Positions 10,658 to 52,679 of a stretch of 55,092 bases of DNA are shown here, one piece after another. Both the position numbers and the translations under genes were made by a program. How positions within the stretch are numbered: position 1 is the first letter of the stretch; each line of letters opens with the position of its first letter. This DNA is from Prorocentrum cordatum (Eukaryota). The DNA lies in assembly GCA_963575745.1 (NCBI GenBank), contig CAUYUJ010000185.1, positions 62,001 through 117,092 of the forward strand, written 5' to 3'. Below the pieces are notes generated by a model, which was given only the letters and a program-made list of their open reading frames with translations, searched no databases and was not told the DNA's origin.

Positions 10658-13477
10658 ACCACGCATGCGAAGTCCAACGCTTGTTTTAGCAAGTGGCAAC
10701 CCTCTGGGGGCCTTGCGCCTTTGCCCGGCGCCTTAATCCGGCGCCTTAGCCCGGCGCCTCGGCCGCCTCAGCCGGGCGCCTGAGCGGGCCTTGAGCGACC
10801 GGGTCACGATTTGGAATGCATCGGGGGTCGCCTCGGTGCCATCCTGGGCAATCATAATGCTTCTTCGGGCCATCTCGGGACCCAGTCGCGTCGTTCTGGC
10901 GCTCTCTCCGGGTGTCTGAATGCCTCTCGGATAATTTTGGAACGACGTTCTGCCTTCCTGGGCGGCCTCGGACGCCCAGAACGCAGAAGAAGCGAACATT
11001 CTCCGAATCCGCCGACCCCGTCGGCGCGCCCGAGTCGCCAGTTCGTTTGACTTGCGCGCAAAACGGGCCGACATGCTGCGCGCGGGCACAGCTCAGCCGA
11101 AACCCGAACGTCCGACAATGGCACCGCCCACGCGCCCCACCCCCCACTCGCCCCCAGGCCGAGACGAGGGCCCCGTCGCGCGGCAAGTCAGGTCGAGATC
11201 GACAAGTCCTCAAACCAGACACCAGCATGCACGAGGACCGCGCAGGGCAGATCGCCCAAACCCAGATCGCTTGAACACTACGCCGAACGGCAACGAAGGG
11301 CACAGACTCACGCTTCGGGAGCACAACGCGCACGCAGGAGACGGGATACAGATGGGCAAACTATGACAAAACCGGGGGGGCGGGGAACCCGACGCAGCCG
11401 ACGTTATAACCTTTGGCGCAACCGCTGCCCCAACCAACGGCGCAGGCGGACAGAACGAACCTACTCGTGATTCGCGGGAACAAGAGCAATGACGCAACCT
11501 ACGGTCCACGGCGCAACTCACTCAGCAAAATGCGCCGCGTCGCCCCCGCCCCCCTCGGCAGCGCGATCACGATTGAAAATGAACGGACCGACCTGCTGCG
11601 CGCGGGCGCCCCTCAGCCTGCAACCGAACGCCCGACAATGGCGCGGCCCATAACTACTAGGCGCAATCAGGGGGGCAGCGCAGGGCGGAAACCGCGGGCG
11701 GAGCGGGCAATCGGGCCCACGTCGACGATAAGTGGGCGACTGGGCTATTGGGGGTCAACGCGCCCCCCCCTGGGCTTAGAAAAACATGCAAATTTTCCTC
11801 CCGCCACGCGCCCTCTACCTCCCCCTCCCCCCTGGCCAAGCCTAGGGGCCCGCGGCGTGGCCGGCCGAGCCAAGCTCGACTACTCCTCGAGCTGGGCTCC
11901 CAGAAGCCACCCAGATCCCCCGCTCGGACCGAAGCCCAGGCATCCCGGGCCGCAGCAGGCGGCCCCTCTAAGTCTCGAAGGCGCCAGCGGCGCCCTCGGC
12001 CAGGGCGCGCCCCAGGGCGCGCCCCGTCGCGCCAGGCGCGCCCGCGGGCCCCTCGGGGGGGCGGGGGCTCGGCGGGCGCGCCCGCCACCGCTGGCCGCCA
12101 ACGCGCGAGCGGTCGGCGGGCGGCGCCAGGTCGCCCCTGGAAGGCCGGCCGCCCACGTCCTCTGCTGGGACCGCGGCCAGCCCGCCCCGGGCCGCAGCGG
12201 GCGCGCCCAGGGCGCTTCGCCGGCGCCGGCGGCGCCCTCGGCCGGGGCGCGCCCCGGGGCGCCGGGCGCGGCCGAACCCCTCGGGGGCGGGCTCGGCGGG
12301 CGGGCCCGCCCGCCAGCGGCAAGCAGCCCAAGCTGGTCAACGCGAGGCGAGCGCCCAGAAGCACCCAACATGGCCCCCAAGGCCCCACAGAGCTCCAAGA
12401 GCGCCCCACTAGCAGAGAATCTGCACAAACTTTCGCGTCGCTGTCGTCGTCGTCGTCTGCGCTGTCGTCGTCGCCGTCGTCGTCGTCGCCGTCGTCGTGT
12501 CCTCCGTCCTCGTCTTGTCGCCTACCTGCCCAACAAGCGTCTTCTTCTGCGCCTCACCCCCCCCCCTGCCCCGCCCCCCCCCACCCGCCGCCCCCCCCCC
12601 CTGCCCCCCCCCGCAGCCCTCCCCCCCCCACTATTCCGCCCCCCCCCATGCGGCCGCGCATCTGGTGCGCGCCCGACGCCGAGTTCAGCGAGCAAGCAAG
12701 CGCCGCGGACAAGACGGACGCACCCCCCCCCCCCCGCGCCACGCCGCCGCGCGTGCCTCGCGAAGGCAACTTGCCAGGCGATTATGTTTGGATGGGCTGG
12801 CGGGGGCGCGCGAAGCGCGAAGCATCCAGATCGTCGCCCAAAATCGCAGCCGCCTCCGCGCTCGCGGTCGTCGAGCCGGCAAGCAGGGAGCGCGTCCCAC
12901 TGCGCGACTCCCCGCGCGGGACTGATACGCGCGTCGGGGCGTGCACAGCGGAGGCGGGGCCCTCTGCGCAGAGCGCCCAAGAGAAAGGCGCGCCCGAAGA
13001 CGCGAACCGCTTCGACGCGCATCCAGAGATGGCAGCTACAACCCCGTAGGACCGCGCGATCACGACGCGCATCTGCGCCCCGTCGCCACGCGCGATCCTC
13101 GCCGCAGCAGCACCGAGACGCGGCGTCGCCATGCACCTTTCGCTGACAGCCTCGACGTAACTCTGGCGATGGCTGCAACTCTGCCATGGCAGCAGGAGGC
13201 CGCGCGGGCCCTGGCGTCGCCGATGCAACCTGCAGACCGCGCAAACAAATCCGGCATCGCCTCGCACCTCCGTCGCGCACAGCATCAGAATTACACGCCG
13301 CGCCCTCGTAAGTACCCAGACTCGCTCGCGCCTGAGAGAGTCGATTTCCGCATTCGCATCCAGCGGCCACGCCTGGCGGGCGGGCGAAGGGCACGCCTGG
13401 CACGCAGACCTCGAACCACAAGTCGCCAGAGCAGAAGAGGAGGAAAAGGAAGAGGATGTGAGAGGATGAATATAGAG

Positions 13478-13512
<35 letters not shown>

Positions 13513-13589
13513 GGAGGATCGAAGATACTGGAAACTCTTGGACACACCCGCACAGCACGCGCCGCGTTTTCGAACCTTTTTCAGCCTCC

Positions 13590-14560
13590 CGGGGCGCGCT
13601 TTTATCGCCGCGACCGGATCCGACTCGAATCTCTGGCCAGAACTCACAGCCAGACATGCCCAGATCGATCTTTGCGGGGGGGGGAGATGGATGGAGAAGG
13701 AGGAGGAGGAGGAGGAGGAGGAGGAGGACGACGACGACGACGAGGAGGAGGAGGAGGAGGAGGAGGGGGAAGAAGAAGGCCGTTGTTTTCGGACGTACTC
13801 GGAGGCGCCGAACGGTCTTACACCGCCCCAGGACGCGCGGCTGTCCAACAAGATTCAACTGCCGACGCCCATGCTGCATCGTTGCGCAATAGGTGTTGAA
13901 ACGCACGTCAAATTCAACTGGCCACTTTAGCGGAATCCGAATTCACGTCCGCCGCGGCCCCGCGGGTCTCTGGGCGCGCGAGATTGCAAGGCGGCCCAAG
14001 AAACCCCACAGACGGCCCATCAGGGCGCCGCGACGGACCCAACTAGCACCCGCACAACACGAACTGCGTTCTCAAATCTATTCGAACCTCCTGGGGGGCG
14101 TTCTCATCGCCGCGACCGGGCCCGACTCGAATCTGAAACCAAAACGCACGGCCAGACAAGTCCAGAGGTCGATTCTTGAAGGGGGAGCAAACTGGACGGA
14201 CGCGAGAAGGAGGGGGACGAGGAGGAAGGAGACGGAGGAGGCAGAGGAAGGAGGAGGAGGAGGAGGGAAGAGGAGGGGAAGGAAGAGTAATGCGTTCGGA
14301 CGTGCTCGGAGGGGCCGAACGGCCTTACACCGCCACAGGACTCGTGGCGATCCATCAATATGCTGCGTCTGCCGACGCCCATCCTGCATCGTTGCGCAAT
14401 AAGCGTTGACGCGCACGTAAAAATTCAACTGGCCATTTCAATAGGATCGGAATGCACGTCCGCCGCAGCCTCGCGGGTTTCCAAGCGCGCGCGATCAGGA
14501 AGCCCCACGCGCGGTCCAGAAGGGCGCCACGACGGACCCAACTAAGGGCCCACAGAAACA
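13590..14560. repeat. Diverged tandem duplication, ~500-bp unit x2
   Basis: Both units share atcgccgcgaccgg..ccgactcgaatct, ccgaacgg.cttacaccgcc, ctgccgacgcccat.ctgcatcgttgcgcaata and aattcaactggcca. Confidence 0.85.
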
Positions 14561-16691
14561 CCCGAACAGACACGAAGACATCTCGGCGCGCACGGCGGAC
14601 ATGGACACTGTCAACCGCTGAGAACTGGGCTGGACAAGCCCAGGGCCCGAAAAGGATGCGCGGCAATGACAGGGAGACAGCGGGAGGTTGCTCGACGCGG
14701 TGTCTCAGAGGAGGACCGAAGCCGGACCGAACAAGCAAAACTCTACGCCCTTCTCCACGAGTCACCGAAACATCGTTCCAAAAACGCCTCCCCGACGACT
14801 CTGGCGAGGGCGCCGACAGCCCACTGTCACCCATGCTTCCAAAGCGTTTGCTGCATAATTTCGACGCGGTCACCTGCAGAACCCCCGAACGCTCCAAGGC
14901 GGCCCAAGGCGCCCGACACGTTCGCGGCGCCCCCTTTTGTCAGGCGCGCGCAAGCGGAGAGGCAGAAGACTGCCAATGAGCCAACGAGCCAACGATGCAA
15001 TAAAGCAGGGCAGAGGCGGCAGCCTCTAGATTACGCCGTCGGAATTCCCAGCGCCAAGGTTTCCCGCGCGCGGTCGTGGGCTCAACGGGAGGCGCCCCCC
15101 TTGCTGCCGCGGCCCGACGGGGCCCCCCTGGGGGCGCGCGGGGCACTGCGAGGCGCGAGATGGCGCGGGCCCCGCGTGAAATGACATCGGCGCGGCCCAG
15201 CGCGGCAAGGCGCCGGCGCGGCGCAGCACGGCATTGGCACGGCACGGCGTTCGCGAAGGGCGGTGGGGGGGGGCGTGAGCCAGAGGAGGACGGTGGAACA
15301 GGGCGGGGGGGGGGGGGCGGAAACCGTGCTTTTGGAAAACAAGAAACCCGCGTAGGACGTTGGGAAATCCCAACGCGAACGAACGTTGGGGCCTCCCCGA
15401 CTCCTGGGCCGCGGCGAGGACCCATGCCTGCCACCACCCCGCCCGCCCCGCGCCCTTGCCCCACTGCCGCGGGTGGCTGAACGAGTCGGCCTTGCCTTCG
15501 CGGCGCCGCGCCCACGGGGCAAGCCCCCCCTCGATATTCTGGAGGACCGCCACGGCGAAAGTGGCCCGCGAGGCTTGGACTCGCAGGATCACGTGATCCT
15601 GGCGCCAGCGCCCCCCCGACCTGGACGAAGGCCAGCGAACTGGCCTCCAAAGCGCATGCGTCCAGGTACTCTTCGCCAGAGTGCCACCTGCGATTGCCCT
15701 TGAGATGGCCGGACGGACTGCACACTCCGGGGTAATCTCGGGCAGGGTCCGCGCGCGCCTGCTCCAGCATCAGCTGCGCGAGCGACTCGAATGTCCGCTG
15801 CCAGGTCCGACGTGAAAGCCTGCATGCGCGCAAGTTCAGAACCCTTCCCCACGGGACGCCCGCCCTGCCGCGGATGCCTCGCGCCAGGAGAAAAGCACGG
15901 GCAACTGCTCTAGGCCTGTTCGCGGTAACACCTGGGCCCTCCGAGCCAGCCACCGCTTCAACAAAAGCGATCATCTCCACCATCTCGGGCACCAGCGCGA
16001 ATACCTTGGAGACGACACCCGCACGCACCAACTCATCGGGGAGGCGCGGATCGGGGACCACGGCGCGCCGCCCAGGCCCCGTTGGCGCCCAGCGGGCGCG
16101 CCGGCCGCGGCACCAGCAGCGGCGGGAGGCGCGGCACAATCACCCTGCGCGAACCCCGCGCGCGCGCCCGCGCGCTAGGTGGGCCAGGTTGCACGGAATG
16201 CCGCGAGCCCGGCTTGACCCTAAAAGGCTACGGTTCAACTGATCGCGCCTCCCGGGGTTGTGCATCCACTGACCCTAAGTCTGGGGCCCAAGGGGGGGCT
16301 CGGAATCCACCATCCCCGCGTCTGCGGCTTCTGCGCATTGTTTCGCATCGCTCTGCCGGGTATTGCTTGGCACTGCTTGGAATTACGGCTCATCGCTTTG
16401 CATTGCTGTGCACCGCACCACATCGATTGCGTCTCGTTAAGTATCCTTTCTAAAAAGAAAATAGACTCTACCCCCCCGGACTTAAGGCTTCCACCTGGGA
16501 TAATATAATTTCATATATATATATATGTGTATATATATAGATTCTGCACACTCGTCTCTCCTAAATATGAAATCATACCATCCCAGCTAGACCGGTGTCC
16601 CCCCCCCCCTGAGGGCCCCGTGTAAAAGACACTATGCGGTGACATTTTTTGTTTTAGCATAACACTTGTTCGCGAATCCCTTGCAAAAAAA

Positions 16692-17125
16692 GACGAGGTG
16701 CACACGCGCGCGTCGTCGCGCGCGCATGCCGAAATCCTTCAAAAACCTTCGGTGCTGGAAGGATTTCGCAATCGAGTTGCCAAAAAAACATACAAAAACA
16801 CATGGTTTCGCAACACTGATTTGCTAAAAAAGCTTCCGCGCGAGCTCTTGCGAAATCTTAAGAAAACCATGGGTTTTCAAGATTTTCACAAAATGCTACC
16901 AAACGGGCGTCGCGCGCGCGCATGTCGAAATCTGTCGAACGCCCTTGCGCGTGTGCCGTGGCGAGAACCCTCTGCAAAAAAAAAAAAAAAAAAAAAAAAC
17001 GAAGTGCAGACGCGCGCGTCGTCGCGCGCGTACGCCGAAATCCTTCGAAACCCATCGGTTTCGGAAGGATTTCGAAATCGCGCGTCCAAAAAACCTACCA
17101 AAACCCAAGGTTTCGCAACACGGAT
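16692..17125. repeat. Diverged direct repeat (~120-bp unit, ~306-bp spacing) with internal hairpins
   Basis: acga.gtgca.acgcgcgcgtcgtcgcgcgcg..gccgaaatccttc...gaaggatttcg occurs at ~16692 and ~16999. Confidence 0.8.
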
Positions 17126-19129
17126 TTTCAACAAAAGCGTGCGCGCGCGCTCCGGCGTCGTCGTCGTCGTCGTCGCCGTCCTCCCTCCTCCCGCGTCGTC
17201 GCCGCCGTCGTCGCCTACGTCGTCCTCTGTCTTTTCTCGTGTTCGTCGTCGTCGTCCTCTTTGGCGTCGTGGTCGTTTCCGTCGTCGTTGTCGCCGTGGT
17301 CGTCTTTCCTCCTCCTCCCACGTCGTCGTCGTCGTCCGTCGTCGGCGTCTCGTCGTCGTCCCTCCTATTTCGTCGCCGTCGTCGTCGTCGTTGTCGTCGT
17401 CGTCTTCCTCCTCCCTCGTCGTTGTCGTCGTCGGCGTCGCGGTCCTTCCTCCTTCGTCGTCGTTCGCGTCGTCGCCGTCCTCCCTCCTCCCTCGTCGTTG
17501 TCGTCGTTGTCGTCGTTGTCGCCGTCGTCGTCCTTCCTCCTCCCTCGTCGTCGCCTTCGTTGGCGTCGTCGTCGTCTTCGTCGTCGTCGGCGTCGGCGTC
17601 GTTGTCGTCGTCGAAGTCGTCGGAGACGTCGTCGGTGTCGTCCTAGTCGTTGTCGTCGGTGTCGTCGTAGTCGGTCTGAACAGGTTTTGCAAACCAAGTT
17701 GCGGGTGGGTGGGTGGGATGTTTGCACAAGCAGTGGAGAGGACAGCTTTCAGACAGTCAAAGTGGACTGCACCACCTAGACTGCAACGCGTTGATTGCAC
17801 CACCGAGATTGCACCATATTGACTGGACCACCGCGAATATTGTACGATGTCACTGTGTGGGGCCCACGCTAACTAGCATGTTTCGGCAAAGATAGGAGCT
17901 CCAAATGGCAAGCATGGATGTGATAGTTTTCATACATCAACATACACGTACCCATATAGACAGCAAGACAGGCAACTAGAATGTGCATACATGATTATAG
18001 AATGTGGGAAGGCCAGCCGAACTCTAGGCAAATACACAGAGAAACAAGGAGGCAACGATAGAAACCTCTAGATGTCTGCTGCTAGATTCAATTATGCACG
18101 GCTGCTGGATACAGGTACAAATAACGGCGTAATACGTTATCTCTCTACATATATATATATACATACATATAGAGAGGCATACGAATGTAATAATCTGCAC
18201 GTACACAGGTGTGGGCATTGGCATAATTACATGTATAGTGGAGCACTGCAAATAGAACCACAAATAATCAAACATCTACCAGTGTCGTACATGAATGCAC
18301 GTACGCCGGCATATCAAACATATGCGCGTAATAGGCACATGCGTACATGTGCGTGTGCAGAGACGTTTGTTCGTAGATACCGTCCCTCATATACGAATTC
18401 GGATTCCTGTACACATATAGAGAGTACGAAAAAAATGTTGTGTAAATATATACACACATATACATATATATATATATATATATGTACATTCAATATTATA
18501 TGCACCCCTTATAGACATATGCATACATATGTGCATACATTGATGCGCAACTACATACAAACATGCTACCCGGTCCTCGGCATCGCCATGATCAGATTCA
18601 CGAGCACATTCACCACCATCACCGACGTGAACGAATCGTGGTCGTCGGTTCAACGGTGCTGGTTCGGCGTTGGAAAAAACCTCGAGGGAGCCCACTCACG
18701 GCGAACAAAGCAAGAGAAACTACGTGAACTGAGGGGGGCGCCGCGCCCATCCCCCGCCCCCCGCAGGGCGGTCTTGTTAGTAAACTCATCTTGTTCTTCA
18801 TCCCCGTCCCGCTTCCTCCTCCTCCTCCTCCTCCGCATCATCATCATCACCACCACCATCATCACACCCAGACCCATACCCATACTCATACTCATACGCA
18901 TTATCATAACCATACTCAGACTCACACTCACACTCACACTCATACTCATACTCATACTCATACTTGTACTCGTCCTCGTACTCGTCCTCCGCCTCCCCCT
19001 CCTCCTCCTCCATCTCCTCCTCCTTCTCCTCCTCGTTCGACTGATTCACGTCCACGCATCCCCTACCCCCCAGCCCCGCGATGACAACGGGGACCGCGGG
19101 GCGCGCGAGAGCGCGCCGGTGACTGCGGT

Positions 19130-46866
<27,737 letters not shown>

Positions 46867-47271
46867 CTCCCCACCGGGGCGGCCGGGCCAAAGCGCGCCG
46901 GAGGGAAGGGGGGAAGGGCAGACCGAACTCCCCTCGCGTCCGCCGAACCCCCGATTGCCAGGGGCGGGAGGAGGAGTTAGAGGAAGAGGAGGAGGAGGAG
47001 GAGGAGGAGGCAGGGAGGACCAGGAGGACGAAGAGAGGAATGCGGCAGAGGAGGGAAGAGGAGGAGCACTTTAGGAAGAATGCAAAGGAAACGAAAGAAA
47101 AGGCCAACCATGCCGCACAAGAGAGCAGCCATGTGAAAGACTCAGCTGCAGAGGAGCAGGACCAGGGGTGAGGGGAGACGGCAACAACGGCGACGACGAC
47201 GACGACAACAGCGGCGGCGGCAGCGGCGGAAACGGCGGCGGCGGCCGCGACGACGACGACGACGACAACGA

Positions 47272-47315
<44 letters not shown>

Positions 47316-48265
47316 ACGACAGCGGCGGCGGCGGCGGCAGCGGCGACGGCGACGGCGACGGCGACGGTGGTTACGACTGCGACGGCGGCGGCGACGGCGA
47401 CGGTGAAGACAACGGCGACGGCGACGAGAAGCAGTACCGGAATGCCGCCGATGATCACGGCGAGGGGAAGGGGCAGCAGAGCCAGCGGCCGTGGCGACGA
47501 TCGCTGGCTTTTCTTCCAGCGAGAGGCGGACAGTTCGACACCACAGCTGCACACGAGCCTACACAACTACTTCGCTACCCGGGGGCCGCGGCCGAACTAC
47601 AAAGGCGAGGACGGGGAGAAGTGCGGGCACGGAGCAGGTTCGAGCCGAGGCAGGGCAGGATGCTCCAGGACGAGGACCAGAGCTGGTGGGCAGCAGAGCC
47701 TGTGGCGCTGCTGCTCAAAGTCACGAACCCTGCACTGCGCGTGGATGACATGTGCCTCGAGAGAGGCACCTCTGAACACAAGTTTGATACAGTCCACAAA
47801 AAGCCTTCCACAAGAAACCCGACCCTGAGACCCCAGGACGTCCATTGGTTTTTGGTGGGGGAACGTCACGCTGTCCATGGCAAAACCATCGAAACAGAAG
47901 AAACCCAGGGCACCCTGGAGGCAAGCAGGGTGTTGCTCGGCATGGGCCTCCACTGCAACACAATATTACAAAGCAGGAGTCATGCACGCTTTTGCGCTCG
48001 CTTCCACGAAGCAGGGCCCAATGTCCCAGGCCCCCAGGAGGTGGTCCCTACGCATTGATATGATCGCTTCGGGAGGGGCCAAAGATATCCAGATCCACCG
48101 CCCCCTGGTCCTGATCACAATCCCTGGCTCCTCCGACGACGACGACGACGACGACGAGGACGACGACTGACGACCGACGACCGACGACCGACGACGACCG
48201 ACGACCGACGACGAGGATCGAGGATCGACGACCGACGATCGCCGATCGACGACGACAACGACGAC

Positions 48266-48296
<31 letters not shown>

Positions 48297-48299
48297 GCT

Positions 48300-48349
<50 letters not shown>

Positions 48350-48678
48350 AACTCCGCTGAGGCCGTCGCCTGTGCGGGAAAGGGGAGCAGCGGGCCGCCC
48401 CCCCGCCCCGGTGCTGGAGCTCGGCCGGCCGGCTGCCTCGCGTCAGCTCCACCTGGCCTGGGGTATCAGCTCCACCTTCGGGGGAGGGGGGGGGGAGGGG
48501 GCAGCGAGGCGGAGGGCGAGGAGGCAGGAGGGAGGAGAGGGGAGGAGAGCAGGAGAGGGGGTGGGGGAGGGAGAGGGAAGGGAGAGGAGGGCAAGGGAGG
48601 GGAGAGGAGAGCAGGGGGGGACTGGAAGGAAGGGCACCCAGGGAAGAGAAGACGAGAGGACTAGAGGAGAGAGAGGAT

Positions 48679-48714
<36 letters not shown>

Positions 48715-49506
48715 GACGGAGAATGGAGAGGAGGGAGGGGGGAGGAGAGGAGAGAGGAGAATGCACGGAAGAACGAGGAAAAGAAGATAGGGGCGAGGAG
48801 GGGACACAAGGATGAGGATCCCAGGTTAGAGGAAAGGCCACGTCCAACAAGCTGTGGTCGCACGGATGAGGAAGGGGAGGAGAATGAGTAGAAGGGGGGC
48901 CAGGAGGTGGACGAGGACGAAAGTCGGGACAATGAGGGGAAGGAGGAGGAGGAGGAAAGAGGAGAAAGAGGAGGAGGAGGAGGAGTGAAGGAGGAGGAGG
49001 GAAGGAGGAGGAAGACGAGGATGAAGATGGGAGGTGGAGGAGGAGGAGGAGGAGGAGGAGGAGGAGGAGCACGACGATGACGAAGCGAAAGGAGAAGGAG
49101 GCGAAGGAGTAGGAAGGTGGGCAGCAAGTAGAAGAGGACGAGGGTCAGAGCGAGGGTGAGAAAGAGAAGAAAGGAGAGAGGATAGAGAAGAGAGACAAAC
49201 CAGGTGCGCGCGCCATATATGACATCCCACCCCGCCGACCCATCTCTTCCCATTGCGCCGACGTTTAATCCCACAAGCCCCATTGGCGGGGGTGGTTTAT
49301 ATTCCATATTACCTCTTCCACTTCGTCTGGGGGGCTGCCCGAAAGGCCTGGGGTAGGCCAAAATCCTTAGGAGTGGGGGGCGTTGTTTTTTTCCGGCGTC
49401 CCCGGCCCTATGAAAAAATATGAATATGTGCAAAGGTGTATATATACCTATACGACCACCCTGCGGGTGATAAGGAGGTGAGGGGGGAGGGGGAACCAAC
49501 GTCCTC

Positions 49507-49826
49507 AATCGATCTCGCTATCGATCTCACAATTGATCTCACATTCGATCTCACTATCGATATCACTATCGATCTCGCTATCGATCTCACTATCGATCTC
49601 ACAATCGATCTCACAATCGATCTCACATTCGGTCTCACAATCGATCTCACTGTCAATCTCACTATCGATCTCACAATCGATCTCACAGTCGATCTGACAT
49701 TCGGTCTCACATTCGGTCTCACTATCGATCTCACTATCGATCTCACAATCAATCTCACGATCGATCTCACAATCGATCTCACATTCGGTCTCACTATCGA
49801 TGTCACAATCGATCTCACAATCGACG
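49507..49826. repeat. 12-bp minisatellite ATCGATCTCAC(A/T), ~26 copies
   Basis: atcgatctcactatcgatctcacaatcgatctcaca... Confidence 0.95.
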
Positions 49827-49851
49827 TCATCATCATCATCAACAACACCAA

Positions 49852-49954
<103 letters not shown>

Positions 49955-49966
49955 GCCATCATCACC

Positions 49967-49998
<32 letters not shown>

Positions 49999-50019
49999 CA
50001 CAATCATCCACATCATCAT

Positions 50020-50336
50020 CGGGACACCGACGGGACACCGACGGGACACCGACGGGACACCAGCGGGACACCGGCGGGACACCGCGCGCCACCGGCCGCC
50101 CGGAAGAGACACATTTGGTCTGGCCGCGCCTCAGCCACAGGGACACCGACGGGACACCAGCGGGACACCGGCGGGACACCGCGCGCCACCGGCCGCCCGG
50201 AAGAGACACATTTGGTCCGGCCGCGCCTCAGCCAAAGGGACACCAACGGGACACCAGCGGGACACCGGCGGGACACCGCGCGCCACCGGCCGCCCGGAAG
50301 AGACACATTTGGTCCGGCCGCGCCTCAGCCACAGGA
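50020..50336. repeat. Compound tandem repeat: (CGGGACACC..)n plus ~98-bp unit x3
   Basis: cgcgcgccaccggccgcccggaagagacacatttggtc.ggccgcgcctcagcca occurs three times. Confidence 0.92.
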
Positions 50337-50527
50337 GACTTTCTCTCGCCCGCCCGCGCAGCTTCGCCTCGCCCGCAAGCACGGCACGCACGAACACGAA
50401 ACCGAAATCGATTTCCCGGTAGGGGGGCTCTCCGTTCCACTTCGATCTCACCCCCTCACCTCCGATATATGTGTGCATGCACATCAAAGTATATCAAATA
50501 TACACACGCACACATCGATACAACTAT

Positions 50528-51292
50528 ACATGCATGCATGGATGTATGTATGTATGTATGTATGTATGTATGTATGGATGGATGGATGTATGTATGTATG
50601 TATGTATGCATGTATGTATGTATGCATGTGTGCATGTATGTTTGTATGCGTATGTGTATGCGTAAGTGTGTGTATGTATGTATGTACGTACGTACGTACG
50701 TACGTATGTATGTATGTATGTATGTATGTATGTATGTATGTGTGTATGTATGTATGTATGTATGTATGTATGTATGTATGTATGTATGTATGTATGTATG
50801 TATGTATGTATGTATGTATGTATGTATGTGTGTGTATGTATGTATGTATGTATGTATGTATGTATGGATGTATGTATGTATGTTTACACGTATGTATGTA
50901 TGTACGTATGTATGTATGTATCTATGTACGTGTGTGTATGTACGTATGTGTGTATGCATGTGTGTATGTATGTATGCATGCATGCATGTATGTATGCATG
51001 CATGCATGCATGCATGCATGTATGTATGCGCGTATGGCTGTGTATGTGTGTGGGCATGCATGCATGCATGCATGCATGCATACATGCATGCATGTGTATG
51101 TATGCATGTATGGGTATGTGTATGGTTGCATGTAGGTATGTATGTATGATTGTGCGTGTCTGTCTGCCTGCCTGTCTGTCTGCCTGTATGGATGTGCGTG
51201 TATGTGTGTGCGTATGTATGTATGTATGTATGTATGGATGGATGGATGTATGTATGTACGTGTATATGCGCGTAGATATACATATATGTATA
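50528..51292. repeat. (TGTA)n/(TGCA)n microsatellite
   Basis: Direct reading. Confidence 0.97.
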
Positions 51293-51834
51293 CGCATACT
51301 ACCACAAAAAATTGCCGTCGGAGATCTGGGTGTGCTGCTCGTGCTCTCCTTCTGGGGGACTCGCAAGCGCGTGCACGCGCTCACCTGGCGGGCCTGCCCC
51401 AGCTCCACGCCGCCCGCGCCCGCGTCGTCCACCGCCTCCCGGCCGCTGCCGCCACCGGCCGCGCCTGGCGGATGCGAGGGGCTCGGCTTTCCCCGAAAAC
51501 CTTGGCTTCGCAGCAGACGTACGGTAGAGGGAAACAATTAGTGGGCACTCCCGCGCTCCCCCAACTCAAAGTTAGCACGCGCGGGGAAGACTGCGATCGA
51601 AGTGCAGCTCCGTCAACCCACCGCCAACATTGATCATCGGGGGCGCCATTGACGGATGAATGCGGCATGGGTGTTCGCTGATTTCCGAGGCCTGTAGGAA
51701 GGAGGAAACGCACCACCACCACCACCACCGACGGGCGGATGGAGGCAGAGAGTGGTCCTGGGTGGTGGTGTGCACCGTTTCGAGCGCTCTCGCGGGACAT
51801 CATGCGCTCCTGCGTCCCGCAGATCAGCTAATTC

Positions 51835-51930
51835 TTAGGTCGGGCATGTTCTCCTACAGACGGATCTTGGAAGACCCGTTTTCGAAAGTCAAAAGTATTC
51901 GAAAATGGCCAAACATAATCGAGAAATCAC
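51835..51930. mobile_element. MITE family A solo left end
   Basis: ttaggtcgggcatgttctcctacagacggatcttgg; no right TIR seen. Confidence 0.6.
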
Positions 51931-52149
51931 CGTCCGAGGCGGCTCGGGCGGATGAGCTGGCCCTTCGGAAGCAGGTCGACATCCCCGGACCCCCGCCGCT
52001 TGACCAAACTGCGACGCTGGAGGAGAGGGTCCTTTGGAGGGGGCATCGCGCAGCGCGCGCCGACAGACCCGAAGGCGTGGATGTCGGCCTCGACGAAGCC
52101 GACGGCAAGGATGACGACAAGGACGGCGACGACGACGACGACGACGACA

Positions 52150-52195
<46 letters not shown>

Positions 52196-52230
52196 CGACA
52201 ACAACGACGACGACGACGACGGCGACGGCA

Positions 52231-52267
<37 letters not shown>

Positions 52268-52679
52268 AGGCGACCAGAGCAGCTCCAAAGACCTCCGAGC
52301 GTCTTTAAAAATCGCGCCCGAGGCCTCTCGCCATCTCGGCCTTGTGGGGTGGTCTCCAGGCCCAGAGCTCGCTGCTGTCCGAGCTCGGGTTGCTGAGAGG
52401 GACAGGCAGCGGGACTAAGTCAGGGGGCAGATTCATGGTGTTACTAGTTCGGCCAAGTGTGCCCAACAAAAAAAACAGGCCCCGAAGAGGCCTTTGAAAG
52501 GACTCCACGCCATCGCCCTCCTGACAGGGGACTCCACTAACGGGCGCTGTGGCCAGCGACCTGGCGAGCCCAGTGCCTCCCGACGTGGGACAGTGCCACA
52601 GTGCCCGAGAGAGGCCCCAAAGCGACAACTCTCGGCTGGCTTCCAAGAGGTGCCCGTCGCCAGCGGGTACCGTACCCGA

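Noticed and set aside
11413..16242. Long overlapping GC-rich ORFs (e.g. 11413-13146, 14940-16139)
   Set aside because: They are open in several frames because of extreme GC content and show no recognisable domain. Small exons or TE remnants cannot be excluded.
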